Below are positions 43,515 through 53,632 of a DNA stretch of 64,000 nt, one piece after another. Position 1 is the first letter of the stretch; each line of letters begins with the position of its first letter. The translations under genes and the position numbers were made by a program. Under the pieces are notes generated by a model. It had not been told where the DNA came from and did not search any database. It saw nothing but the letters and a program-made list of their open reading frames with translations. The stretch is from the IMG/VR virus record IMGVR_UViG_3300032261_000561. The stretch is one strand, 5' to 3'. This DNA is from a virus.

Positions 43515-45086
43515 CTACAGCGGGATCACGGCGATGCGGCGATACTGAAAGCTGGCGGTCCCACCGAAAACGGCGTATTTCATCTTGAAAGTCGTCGCAC
43601 CCTGCGTTAAACCTGTTAAAAGAAACGGGGCCCCAAAACTGATTGGTACATTAACGCCCGTCGCCGCGTATTGGAGGGCCTGGTTAACAATTGCCGTCGC
43701 GGTGTTTGCACCCGACAACGCAAAACCACAATATGCATAGTCACCAGTGACGTTGTTAGTTAACATAGCATACAATAAAACCAGCGCCATCCCGCTCGCC
43801 CCGATATTGACGGTGACCTGATCGGTGGTTGTAGCCAAATCCGCAAAGGACCCTGACGTGGTGCTTTCCGAGGTCGCCACATATGCGCTCTGCGCGTTCT
43901 GTAGCGGTGTCATAGTCGCCAGGGCCGCTGCCGCACTCGCGGCAGTGAGTAAGTTCGACCCCGCCGTTGTCGCCCCAATTGCCGTCTGCGCTGCGCCCGT
44001 ACTCGCCGCTGTGAGCAATGCTCTGCCGATACTGGTGGCGTCGGTGATCGCGGTGGAGGACAGGCCCGAGATGATGCCGCCCTGCACGACCACCACCAGG
44101 CTATTGAGCGCGGGTGCGGTCTGAAAGGTCAGGGTGAGGCTGTTCACCGAAGTCAGCACCCGGTCGGCGCTGCACATGGCGAAGGTGCTGGCGTTGTACA
44201 GGTTCACCGTCACCGCACGGGTGCCCAGGTTGTGGTTGATGGTGAACACCGTGGTCGAGCCATCCCCGATGGTCTGGGTGTAGACCGAGGTGTTGGACGG
44301 CATTGCCCCACCCAGCACCACCACCGCGTAGGCGTTGGTCGCGGGTGCGGTGGCGAACGTCAGGGTGACGTTGTTGAGATCGGTGAGGAACTTGTCGCAG
44401 TTGACGACCTCGTAGGTAGCGGCGTTATAGACCACTACGGTGACGTTGCGGGTGCCCAGATTGTGATTGATGGTGAACGTGGTCAGCGACCCGTTGCCGA
44501 TGGTGGCGGTGTAGACCGCAGGCGACACGTATTGCCAGGACTGATCGCCGCGTAGGAAGCTGCCGCTGTTGGCTGCACCAGTGCCCAATTGGGCCGTGGG
44601 TACGACGCTGGTGGCACCCAACCCGGCGTAACCGTTGGCCGCACCCTTGTGGGAGAGCACCTCGATGCCCGCACCGGCCAGCGTATTAGCCCCCGTGCCG
44701 CCGCTGGCCACCGGGAGCAGACCGACGCAGTTGTTGGCCAGGTCCACCGACAGCGCATTCCAATAGGTGCCGTCGTTGACCACCATCAGCGATCCCCCGG
44801 CGGCGATGGTCATCGACACGATTGATGCACCCAGCCAGATATGGTCGGCCCCGACTGCGGTGAGCGTGATGGCCGCCGACCCACGGTTCTCCAAGATGTG
44901 CATAACGCCGACGTTCCCGGCAACCGGCAGCAGTGACCACGTGGTCGGCGCGCTGCCGGTGAAGACATAGCAAGAGTTCGCCGCCGTCAACGTCAGCGTG
45001 GCAGCCGAGCTGGTGACGACGGTCTCTGCGATCCAATCTCGTTGGACAGGGAGCGCCTGTTCTCGGAGGTTCAGTTTGCTGGTCAT
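43515..45086 (-). CDS. Tail fibre / minor tail protein
   Basis: Duplicated YT.TIG.GS.T.FTINHNLGTR.VTV module; KGAANGYAGL; LGTGAANSGSFLRGDQSW. Confidence 0.8.
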   Translation of the reverse strand: MTSKLNLREQALPVQRDWIAETVVTSSAATLTLTAANSCYVFTGSAPTTWSLLPVAGNVGVMHILENRGSAAITLTAVGADHIWLGASIVSMTIAAGGSLMVVNDGTYWNALSVDLANNCVGLLPVASGGTGANTLAGAGIEVLSHKGAANGYAGLGATSVVPTAQLGTGAANSGSFLRGDQSWQYVSPAVYTATIGNGSLTTFTINHNLGTRNVTVVVYNAATYEVVNCDKFLTDLNNVTLTFATAPATNAYAVVVLGGAMPSNTSVYTQTIGDGSTTVFTINHNLGTRAVTVNLYNASTFAMCSADRVLTSVNSLTLTFQTAPALNSLVVVVQGGIISGLSSTAITDATSIGRALLTAASTGAAQTAIGATTAGSNLLTAASAAAALATMTPLQNAQSAYVATSESTTSGSFADLATTTDQVTVNIGASGMALVLLYAMLTNNVTGDYAYCGFALSGANTATAIVNQALQYAATGVNVPISFGAPFLLTGLTQGATTFKMKYAVFGGTASFQYRRIAVIPL

Positions 45087-45089
45087 CTA

Positions 45090-46157
45090 TCACCGCCAGT
45101 AGTAAGCGCGGAGCTTGTCGGTGGCCGCTGGGGGTGCGGTCATTGTGATAGTGGTGCCGGAACGGCTGTAGTCGTCGGCGGGGTCGAGCAGCTGACCGTT
45201 CTGATAGAGCATCAGCGGGTTGGTGACGTTCGTGTTCGGGGTGTTGGCCAGCGTGAACGAGGTCAGGACACCATTGGGTGTGCCACCCGGTGTCTCGTTG
45301 GCCACCCAGTTGGCCGGTGCCAGGTAGTCGGTTCCGGTCACGGCGGCGCTGATGGCGGTCGCGTTGCCTTTCAGCATCCCGGTGACGGTGGTGGTCAGCG
45401 TGACAATGGGCGTGGTCGCCGGGTTGGCGACAGTCCCAAAGAATCCGTTGGCGTTAGCAATTGACAGCGTGGTCACGGTACCGCCCGCCGAGATCAGCTT
45501 GCCCCACTGCATGTTGGTGGTGCCGTAGATGAACGGGGTGTCGGGGGTGGCGGGGTCGGTGACGATGGCACCCACGCTCTTGTTCGCCGTCCCGGCCTCG
45601 GCGTAACAGATCTTGCCCGCCGGGTGCACCGTGCCCGACAGCGGCGTGACGCTGGTGGAGTCGCGCACCATGGTCAGGTTGGGACTCACCCCGGTCAGGG
45701 TGTAGGTTCCGTTGGCCGGTACGAGAGTGCCCGCACTGCTGACGTCGGGCACCCCGGCCCCGCTGGCAGCCGGTGCGTTCTTTACCAGGATGCGGTCCCC
45801 CACGGTGAAACCCGACACGCCGTCGAGCGTGGTGCCGCTGATCTGGGTGACGTTGCCGCCGGAGATGGTGTAGGTCTCCGCCCCCGTGGTCATGGCCTGC
45901 ACCGAGAGCAGCGGTGAAATCCCCATGAGCAGTGCCTGGACCTGGGCCAGGGTGACCGCGTCGTTGGGGCTGGTGCCTTGGGCGAGGTTGGTGGCCTTGT
46001 TTCCGCCGAAGCTCTGTGCCCCGGTGTAGGCGACGGTGCCGTCGGCGGCGATGACGGCCTTGATCAGCTTGCTCAGCGCAATGGCAGCCGACGGGGAGAT
46101 CTGCCCGTCGGTGATGGTCCCCGACTGGATCTGCTCCACGCCATTGATCTGAGCCAT
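45090..46157 (-). CDS. Tail fibre / minor tail protein
   Basis: AAIALSKL, TNLA...PNDAVTL.Q, GDRILVKN, NETPGGTPNG modules. Confidence 0.78.
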   Translation of the reverse strand: MAQINGVEQIQSGTITDGQISPSAAIALSKLIKAVIAADGTVAYTGAQSFGGNKATNLAQGTSPNDAVTLAQVQALLMGISPLLSVQAMTTGAETYTISGGNVTQISGTTLDGVSGFTVGDRILVKNAPAASGAGVPDVSSAGTLVPANGTYTLTGVSPNLTMVRDSTSVTPLSGTVHPAGKICYAEAGTANKSVGAIVTDPATPDTPFIYGTTNMQWGKLISAGGTVTTLSIANANGFFGTVANPATTPIVTLTTTVTGMLKGNATAISAAVTGTDYLAPANWVANETPGGTPNGVLTSFTLANTPNTNVTNPLMLYQNGQLLDPADDYSRSGTTITMTAPPAATDKLRAYYWR

Positions 46158-46167
46158 GACTGAATCC

Positions 46168-46314
46168 CTATGTCGCCATGAAGAACTGACTAAGCCGGGA
46201 CCGGGAAGGTGTTGCCGCCGCCCGAGACGGCGGGCGTGGCTTCCACAGCACGGCTTGCGCCGGGTTGACCGGCGGTCGGCCCGGTGGCAGCACGGGATAG
46301 ATCGGCTGGGTCAT
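46168..46314 (-). CDS. 48-aa Pro-rich hypothetical protein (MTQPIYPVLPPGRPP...)
   Basis: Not in the ORF track; ATG abuts the upstream TAG and fills the gap. Confidence 0.45.
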   Translation of the reverse strand: MTQPIYPVLPPGRPPVNPAQAVLWKPRPPSRAAATPSRSRLSQFFMAT

Positions 46315-46908
46315 CTAGTTCAGTCCGTAAACCTCAAGCTGCTGCAGCTGCACCGCGTTGGCGGCGTTCGACGCCGAGCAGGCGAAGTTGACATTGACGA
46401 AGTTGTCGATTGACCAGTCGAGGTTGGCGATCAGACCCGGCGATGCGGCTCCGGCGTAGAGCGGATAGAAGTACGGTGCCGCCAGACCACCGCACAGGAT
46501 GCGACCGATGCCGCGCAGCGAGGAGTTTGCCCCGGCGGGTCCGATGGCGGTCATGAAAAACTCACCGACGATCTCGAACATCTGGCTGGCCGCATTCGAG
46601 ATGGTGGTCAATCCCACCGAACTGCCCAGCACTATCGGCCCCGTCGTGGCCTGCGAGGCACCCAACCGAATGGTCGGAGTGAATGTCGGGGTGCCGGTGG
46701 AACTCAGGATGCCTCGCGCAATGACGCCGACACCTTTGCCGACCGACTGCGCGTTGTTGGGCTGCCAGTATTTGGCGGGCACCACCGCTTGCACACCCAT
46801 GGTGGCGGTGTCGTTGATGGTGACTTCCGACGTGAACGTGTTCTTGTTCACGCCCACCAAGACATTGGAGTAGAGCAGCTCCTTGACGGTTCCGGTGTAA
46901 AACGACAT
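46315..46908 (-). CDS. Hypothetical virion-associated protein
   Basis: 197 aa; AAGGAGAGG RBS; in the tail cluster. Confidence 0.7.
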   Translation of the reverse strand: MSFYTGTVKELLYSNVLVGVNKNTFTSEVTINDTATMGVQAVVPAKYWQPNNAQSVGKGVGVIARGILSSTGTPTFTPTIRLGASQATTGPIVLGSSVGLTTISNAASQMFEIVGEFFMTAIGPAGANSSLRGIGRILCGGLAAPYFYPLYAGAASPGLIANLDWSIDNFVNVNFACSASNAANAVQLQQLEVYGLN

Positions 46909-46923
46909 GTCCTCTCCTTCGTG

Positions 46924-47787
46924 CTAGACGTATCCGACGGTGTCCACAGCGGCCAGTGCCCATATCGAGTAGTCGGCGTCGTAGACGAATTGCATGGTCA
47001 TCTTCTGTCCAGTTGGCGTGACACCGGGCAACCCGCCGATGACACCGAACGGGACGAATTTGGTGGTGTCCCAGATCAGTGGTTGGCTGGCACCGTTGTC
47101 GGTGACGCACACCGTGATCTGGTCGCGGTCGGCGGGGGTGCCACCGGAGGCGGTGATGGACATCGACTGCGCCAGGCCGGTCACCTTGCACACGTCGAAG
47201 GTGTTGGTGTTCAGCGTCAGTGTGGCCGGGTTGACGACTGTGGTGACCCGCTTCTTCTGCAGCGGCTGGGTGAAGGGCAGTGCGGTGGTGCCCAGCACCG
47301 GCGAGCCGGTGGCGGTGCAGACCCACAGTGTCGCCGCGAAGACCGAGCCGCCACCGCCGACGACCACCAACGAGCCGGGGAAGTCGGCGGCACTGTTCAT
47401 CGCTGGGACCCGAGTCAGGATGGTGGCCACGCCGGTCGACCCGGCGGTGGTGACCTGGAACAGCCCGTTCTGCGCCGGTGCCGCCTGGGAGACCAGCAGC
47501 ACGGTGTCGAACGCCGCCAAGGTATAACCGTCGATGACGGTGGCCCCGGTGGCGGTGAAGGTGAAGGTGGCCCCGACCCCGACCCCGCTGCCCCCAGGCT
47601 GGTTGTAGGTCCCGGTCTGTGCGGTGGTGGCCACCACGGTGGCCACCCCTTTGCCGGGGAGAGCGTTGACCGCGTTCTCGACGTTGTTCTGGTCGGTTCC
47701 GTTGTACTGGAACTGGCCGCCACCCAGACTGGTCCCATGTCCGTTGGGGCCACCGCCGGTGGCGTTCCAGTTGGCAGGTAGTCGCAT
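46924..47787 (-). CDS. Minor tail protein
   Basis: IDGYTL...VLLVSQ...QNGLFQVT...LTR module; C-terminal VTDNGASQPLIW...FVYD...W..A module. Confidence 0.72.
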   Translation of the reverse strand: MRLPANWNATGGGPNGHGTSLGGGQFQYNGTDQNNVENAVNALPGKGVATVVATTAQTGTYNQPGGSGVGVGATFTFTATGATVIDGYTLAAFDTVLLVSQAAPAQNGLFQVTTAGSTGVATILTRVPAMNSAADFPGSLVVVGGGGSVFAATLWVCTATGSPVLGTTALPFTQPLQKKRVTTVVNPATLTLNTNTFDVCKVTGLAQSMSITASGGTPADRDQITVCVTDNGASQPLIWDTTKFVPFGVIGGLPGVTPTGQKMTMQFVYDADYSIWALAAVDTVGYV

Positions 47788-47798
47788 CGGCTTCTCTT

Positions 47799-48641
47799 CT
47801 ACGCGGGGGGGACGGTGGTGATCGGGGGCGGCGCCTGCAAACCTTCGGACAGCGGCGTAACTGCAGTTATCGGTACCGGCTGCGGCGGCATCGGGGGTAG
47901 CGCCACGTTCGGTGATGCCCCAAAATGTTCGGTCCGCAACTCTTCGGGTGCAGGCATGGAAACTAGCGCGACTGCGGTGATAGTGTTGGTGACCTCCGAG
48001 GTCGCGGTGATGCCGGGGTACTGGGTGTTCACCGTAACGGTGGCCCTGTACTCGTGCCCTTCGATGAGACCGGAAATGGTCATGGTCACGTTCCCGCTGG
48101 CGTCCACGCTCGGAGTGGGGGTGCTCCCGGTAGTGGTGTTGGCGGTGACGTCGGTCAGGTTGACGACGTAGGTGAACGGCCCGTTGGGGCTGGTGGGCTG
48201 AAGGAAACTCAGCGCGGCGGTCAGGCCCGACTCCGCAGTCAAATTCGGCACAGGAGTCCAGACGAGTGGGGTGATAGCGGTGAACATGTCCACGAAATCA
48301 ACCGCAGTGCCAGGCAATCCCGCCGACACGCCGTAAATGTATGCGCGGCTTACACTTTGGACCTGCCAGCCATCGATGTCGCTGTAGCCCACGTCGGTCG
48401 CCATGATCCAGTCACCCTGATAGGCGAACTGATCGGCATCGTTGGCACGGGACAGCTTGATACGCCAGCCGCCAGGGTATTGCGGGCCAGTAAGGCTCTC
48501 GGTCTGATACCCAGCAATAGCCATGAGTTCCGCGAGCAGTGCCGCGATCAGCCCTGCGGTCTGACCATTCGGTCCCAGTGCCACCTGGATGGCCTGACTA
48601 GCCTGGGGGACGATCCGCGTGACCGGCAAAACTGCTGACAT
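47799..48641 (-). CDS. Hypothetical protein with an FN3-like C-terminal domain
   Basis: TISGLIEGHEYRATVTV resembles FN3; AGGAG RBS. Confidence 0.6.
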   Translation of the reverse strand: MSAVLPVTRIVPQASQAIQVALGPNGQTAGLIAALLAELMAIAGYQTESLTGPQYPGGWRIKLSRANDADQFAYQGDWIMATDVGYSDIDGWQVQSVSRAYIYGVSAGLPGTAVDFVDMFTAITPLVWTPVPNLTAESGLTAALSFLQPTSPNGPFTYVVNLTDVTANTTTGSTPTPSVDASGNVTMTISGLIEGHEYRATVTVNTQYPGITATSEVTNTITAVALVSMPAPEELRTEHFGASPNVALPPMPPQPVPITAVTPLSEGLQAPPPITTVPPA

Positions 48642-48649
48642 GATTTCTC

Positions 48650-51600
48650 CTAAAGCGGTAAAACGGTAAGGGCGCGATTATAAAAAGTGCAAGAACCACC
48701 ACTGACTTGGTACTTGGCCTTAAATATAGTCGCGCCTTGATTAAGATTCGGGATCAAGAACGTGTTTCCGGCCAATATCCAGGACCCAACCGTAGGTACA
48801 TTATGGCCGATTGCATAGTTGTTTGGAGTATCTTGCGCTGCAAGAGTATTGGCACCTGATAAAGCCACGCCCATCATGCCCCATTGCCCAGCGGTCTGAG
48901 GATAAATTAAAGCCCCAAGCGTAACTACAACCATCCCGCTTGGGCCGACATTCACAGTCACAGTATCGGTGGTGGTAGCCAAATCAGCCCACGATGTAGA
49001 ACTGGTGTTTTCGCCAGCAGGCACCTGTGCTGAAATGGGGCCTGCAACAGCAGCATCATAAAATGCCCACGAGGTCATCGAGCCGGGGAGCTGGCGGCTG
49101 ATCGGCGTGATCCAGGCCGCACCAGGCGCACCGCCACCGGCATACTGCCAGCCATTGATGCCGTAATACCAATATATCCAGTGGTTGTGGGGGCCGTCGT
49201 AGTAGTCAGCACCGTCAGTTTGGGCAGTGCCGCTATAACAGCCTGTTCCCCCACCGCCCCAATTGTTTCCCGCCCCGCCATTGTAATCTGGTGCCGCGCC
49301 GTTGGTCGCACCCCAGCCCGAAGCCGCCGGGCCACCGGAAAATAAATCACCGTTGATATACGCACTGCCTGCGGCACCGCCCGTTGGTGAGCCGCCATTA
49401 GCCGCTCCCCCGCCGCCGCCATACGAATATATTTGTTGAGTTCCGCTGGGAGAAGGCCATTGAATATAGGCAACATCACCAGCAGCACCGGGATACGCTG
49501 CGTTGCTAGCGGTATCCGTTATCACACCAGTATTGCCGCCATAAAAATAGAATTCTTCATGCTGCACGACATAGTAAATGCTTTGACCAACGCCCCCACC
49601 ACCTCCGGCATAGTAGGTAAACGCTTGGCCTACAGCGGGGCCAATGGACGATCCAATGGTGACCAATCCTGTAGAAATCTGCCCTCCCGCGCCGCCATTG
49701 CCCCAGGTTCCGACACCACCACCACCACCACCGCCAGCGGCAATAGCGACCACCTCGTACTGATCGCCGGTCACCATCCCAGCAGGCGGTGTGAAGGTTC
49801 CGCTGGTGGCACCTCCCCAGCCGGATGTTCCCAAAGACGTTCCGCCGGTGCCGAATCCACCGTATCGGTAATTCGCGCCGATCTGGCCGACGTTACTGCC
49901 GTCGGTCACCTGTTGATTCAGACCATTCGGGCCGGTCAACACCAGCGTCCGCCCGACAGCCTCAAAGTTGTAGGCGTAGTTGGCAACCAGCGCACCCGAT
50001 CCAGGCAGGCCGAACGCACTACCTAGTGGAGTGTTCACCCCACCCACCACCACACCGATCCGGCAGTTGTTGGTGCTGGTGTTGGACTGGATGATCGCGT
50101 AGTGATATGAGGTCATCGTGGCGTTTGACCGCAGTATCAACATCTTTGGATAGTTGTCCGCGACATTCCAGATACCGCTCACGGTTTGGGTGTCCGTCGA
50201 TGCCTGCTGCGCGGTGTTGAGCGCACAGTTATAGACGAGTCCCGCACCGGGAGCGAGTGGAGTCACCCATCCACTGGGTAGAGTGCCCGTGAACGTCTGC
50301 TGGAACGACAATCCCGCGTTGCCGCCGCCGTAGAAGTGCGGCAGCTGTGACTGGATGCTCGCTGTCAGCGCCGCCAGCTGTAGCTGCTGGTTGGCCGCTG
50401 CTGCTGCTGCCGCATTGACCTGCGGGGTGGCCGCGCTGGGCAGAGTGGTGCCCTGCCAGTTGTTCACCAGACCCGTCAGGTGGCCGGTGAAGGACGAAGC
50501 GAGCTGCGCCAGGGGTGCCCCGATAACCGGGATGCCGTTTAATGCGGTGACCAGCGCATCGACGCTGCCCTGCGACACCGCGTTGGCGATCGCGGTCTGA
50601 ACGTTGGTGTTCTGGACGAAGCTGCCCAGCGCCTGTGCGCTCTCCTGCTGTGCGTACTCCAACACAGCGGCGAGGTCGGTGGTGGCACTGGTGGCCACCT
50701 CGTGCGCGGCCTGGATGCCCGACGACATCTCGGCGGTGATGTCAGGCAGAACCTCTGCGGGGATGACGCTGCCCAGGCTGCCACCGGGTTGCTGGTTGAG
50801 CGCCGAGACCAGCTGCTGGACAGAGTTGCCGGTGTTGGTGGTGCCGGTGTACTGCTGCACCACGGTGTCGAGCACCTGCTGGGCGAGATGTTCACCGTTG
50901 GAGATCTGGGTGCCGACCTGGCCCATGGTGTTGGTCTGATTGCCGAACCCCAGCGGGAAGTTCCACGGGAAACTCGATCCACCCGCACCCAAGGCGTTGT
51001 CGATGAAGCTGGTGATCTGGGATTGGACGGGACCGAGGAGGGGAATGCTGTTGACCCCCGGCAACACCGGGACTCCGGTGCCCAGGCCGGTGGGACTGCC
51101 CATCAGGCCCGTCAGGTCGGTGAACCAGGTGGCCATCCCCGACAGCCCGCCCCCGCCGGTGGTCGTCGACCCGGTGATGGACTGCATGAGGGAATCCACG
51201 GTGGCGTAAGGCATCCCGCCCCCGGTGGTGCCGACCTGGTACATCGCATGCACGGTGTCACCGACGCCGGGAGCGTTGGCTAACGTGACGGCTGCGCCCG
51301 ACGTGGTGTAGTCGGTGCCGTAACGCTGCAGCAGCCCGTTGACGAAGACCTGCAGCGTGCCGCTGGTGGCCGTCTGGGTCAGGTTGAACAGGGTGTTGAC
51401 ACCGTTGATAACTCCGGTGGGAATCTCGGAGAAGAACCTGACCGAGATGTTGTTGATGAGAGCGATCAAAGAAGATACCGGGTTATTGGTGCCACCGACC
51501 GTGCCGTCGATGAGCTGCTGCAGCGGAGTGAAGGTGCCGCTGGATGTCATGTTGGTTAGGTATCCGGACAGCGGGTTGCTGCTGGCATCAATGACATTGC

Positions 51601-53632
51601 CGAATCCCGAGAGGATGGTGGCCGAAGGCAGTACACCCCCACCCGTGAGCCAGGTACCGACACCCGTCGCAAGCCCTGTCAGTCCGCCCGCACCCAACGT
51701 GGTGGCCGCCGGTAACGCACCACCGCTGGTGAGCCAGGTACCTACGCCTGTCGCTAGCCCCGTCAACCCTGCTGCGCCCAACGTAATACCGACAGGCAGT
51801 GCACCCAAGGCCAGCCCGGCAAGGGCCAACACCCCAGACGAGCTAAGGTTGGTCAGGTAACCCGGCAGACTGGTGACTTGGCCGATGGTTGCAGTAGTGG
51901 CTGCCGGGAGTGCACCGCCACTGGTGAGCCAGGTGGCGATCCCCGCTGCAAGGCCGGTCAACCCCGAGGCACCAAGAGTTGTCGCGGAAGGCAAGGCACC
52001 GCCGCCGGTGAGCCACGAACCGATACCTGTTGCGAGGCCGGTCAGCTGCCCCCCGGGTAGCGTGATCCCGGCCGGGAGGGAGCCTGATGCCAGACCCGCG
52101 AGTGCCAGCACACCCGAACTGCTCAGGTTACTCAGATAGCCGGTGAGGCCGGTGATTCGGGAGATCGCCAGCATGGGGATGTTGGCCACGTTGAACAGCT
52201 GACTGGCGTCAAACTGACCAAGGGTGTTGAAGTACTGGGTGTAGGTGCTCAGGTCGGTGATGTTGGCGATCGGGATGGCTCCCAGCCCGAGGATCAGATG
52301 GCCCAGATCGGACCCGCCGGTGCCCAGCGCGGCGTTGGCATCGGTCAGGAAGGTGGTCCAGGTCGAAAGGGGAAGCAGACCGGCCAGGCTTCCCGTCAAC
52401 CCGGCGACGCTGCTTATCGGGATGTTGCCCAACGCGGTGATCAGACTGGGGAGGTCGACGCCCAGCGAGCCCAGCGCCGCGTTGGCATCGGCCAGAAAGC
52501 TGTTCCAGGTACTCAGGGAAAGAAACGACGCCAGAGCCGCTACCAGGCCCTGGACATTGCCTTGTGGGATGTTCTGCAACCCGAGAACGAAATGACCGAT
52601 GTCGGATCCGGCCTGGCCCAACGCCGCATTGGAATCGGACAGGAAGGTGGTCCAGGTGGACAGGTCCAGCAGATTGTTCAGCGCATCTTGCAGGCCAGAG
52701 ATGTTAGCAATCTCTAGCAGCGGAATGACCGCTACCTCCAATATCGTCCCGATGACCGGGGTCCCGAACAGAAGGGTCAGCAGACTGTTCCAGTCGGACG
52801 TCGAGACACCCCCGCTGCCCGGGGTTCCCCACTCCAATCCCCCGCTGCCGTTGGAGACAACCGGGTCACCGGCTGCGGGGGTGCCTGTGATGTCGCTGTA
52901 CTGCAGCGCCGTCCCAGCCAGTCCCAGCAGGTTTTGGATGTCGGTAGTCAGCATGGACTCCGGAATGCCTCCTGCGGGCAGCTGGAAGGCACTACCGGCC
53001 AGATTGATGGTGGTGTTGAGCGTGTTCTGGAAGACCTGTGTCAGGTCGGAGAGGTTAACGTTGCCCGAGCCCAGCAGCGGAATCCACTGGCCGTTCTGGG
53101 TGTAGACCGGGGTGGTGGTGTTGGGCTGCTTGAGCGGTGTACCGATGCCGTAGGCCAGCGATCCGTTGTCGACAGTGGCAGCGTCGGGTAGCGCGCCTCC
53201 CCCGGTGTCTCCCCGGCGGGCCCGGCGGATGGTGTCGAGCAGCGAGCTGTCGGCGTTGGCCAGCCTCAGCGGGCCGTTGGCGTTGATCTGGCTGCCGTGC
53301 AGCTGGATGGGACCCGCGCCGGTGCCAATCTGCTGCTGGCCCTCGGTGGCCGGGAGGGTGATCTCGGGGGTATTGAAGGGGATCTTGGAGTCCAGGATCC
53401 AGGTGACGCCGGGCTTGGGTGTCGGCCAGGGCGCCTGGACGATGTACCACTGCTCGCCGCGTGACGGGGTGAGCTGGATGGCCCCGACGTGATAACTCAA
53501 GTCGATGACGACGGGTTTCTCGCCGCGCACCAGGCCGGTCGCGGTATTGCTGGCCGCATCGACGTTCAGGATCGCTGCAGCCTGCCTGGCGATCTGCCGA
53601 GGAGTCCCTCGGTTGTACCCGACTATGGTCAT
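48650..53632 (-). CDS. Large tail spike/fibre protein (repeats, Gly-rich domain, C-terminal module)
   Basis: 1660 aa directly after the hub; GAGPIQLHGSQINANG spike-like N-terminus; internal repeats; Gly-rich segment. Confidence 0.75.
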   Translation of the reverse strand: MTIVGYNRGTPRQIARQAAAILNVDAASNTATGLVRGEKPVVIDLSYHVGAIQLTPSRGEQWYIVQAPWPTPKPGVTWILDSKIPFNTPEITLPATEGQQQIGTGAGPIQLHGSQINANGPLRLANADSSLLDTIRRARRGDTGGGALPDAATVDNGSLAYGIGTPLKQPNTTTPVYTQNGQWIPLLGSGNVNLSDLTQVFQNTLNTTINLAGSAFQLPAGGIPESMLTTDIQNLLGLAGTALQYSDITGTPAAGDPVVSNGSGGLEWGTPGSGGVSTSDWNSLLTLLFGTPVIGTILEVAVIPLLEIANISGLQDALNNLLDLSTWTTFLSDSNAALGQAGSDIGHFVLGLQNIPQGNVQGLVAALASFLSLSTWNSFLADANAALGSLGVDLPSLITALGNIPISSVAGLTGSLAGLLPLSTWTTFLTDANAALGTGGSDLGHLILGLGAIPIANITDLSTYTQYFNTLGQFDASQLFNVANIPMLAISRITGLTGYLSNLSSSGVLALAGLASGSLPAGITLPGGQLTGLATGIGSWLTGGGALPSATTLGASGLTGLAAGIATWLTSGGALPAATTATIGQVTSLPGYLTNLSSSGVLALAGLALGALPVGITLGAAGLTGLATGVGTWLTSGGALPAATTLGAGGLTGLATGVGTWLTGGGVLPSATILSGFGNVIDASSNPLSGYLTNMTSSGTFTPLQQLIDGTVGGTNNPVSSLIALINNISVRFFSEIPTGVINGVNTLFNLTQTATSGTLQVFVNGLLQRYGTDYTTSGAAVTLANAPGVGDTVHAMYQVGTTGGGMPYATVDSLMQSITGSTTTGGGGLSGMATWFTDLTGLMGSPTGLGTGVPVLPGVNSIPLLGPVQSQITSFIDNALGAGGSSFPWNFPLGFGNQTNTMGQVGTQISNGEHLAQQVLDTVVQQYTGTTNTGNSVQQLVSALNQQPGGSLGSVIPAEVLPDITAEMSSGIQAAHEVATSATTDLAAVLEYAQQESAQALGSFVQNTNVQTAIANAVSQGSVDALVTALNGIPVIGAPLAQLASSFTGHLTGLVNNWQGTTLPSAATPQVNAAAAAAANQQLQLAALTASIQSQLPHFYGGGNAGLSFQQTFTGTLPSGWVTPLAPGAGLVYNCALNTAQQASTDTQTVSGIWNVADNYPKMLILRSNATMTSYHYAIIQSNTSTNNCRIGVVVGGVNTPLGSAFGLPGSGALVANYAYNFEAVGRTLVLTGPNGLNQQVTDGSNVGQIGANYRYGGFGTGGTSLGTSGWGGATSGTFTPPAGMVTGDQYEVVAIAAGGGGGGGVGTWGNGGAGGQISTGLVTIGSSIGPAVGQAFTYYAGGGGGVGQSIYYVVQHEEFYFYGGNTGVITDTASNAAYPGAAGDVAYIQWPSPSGTQQIYSYGGGGGAANGGSPTGGAAGSAYINGDLFSGGPAASGWGATNGAAPDYNGGAGNNWGGGGTGCYSGTAQTDGADYYDGPHNHWIYWYYGINGWQYAGGGAPGAAWITPISRQLPGSMTSWAFYDAAVAGPISAQVPAGENTSSTSWADLATTTDTVTVNVGPSGMVVVTLGALIYPQTAGQWGMMGVALSGANTLAAQDTPNNYAIGHNVPTVGSWILAGNTFLIPNLNQGATIFKAKYQVSGGSCTFYNRALTVLPL
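51610..52680 (-). repeat. Intragenic tandem repeats (three ~49-aa units; four ~28-aa units)
   Basis: LSTW..FL.D.NAALG..G.D x3; LTGLA.G...WLT.GG.LP.AT x4; GYL.NLSSSGVLALAGLA x2; boundaries approximate. Confidence 0.8.

Noticed and set aside
41360-53632. Diversity-generating retroelement or invertase shufflon acting on tail fibres
   Set aside because: No reverse transcriptase or recombinase in the window; repeats are not adenine-specific TR/VR pairs and cassettes are not inverted
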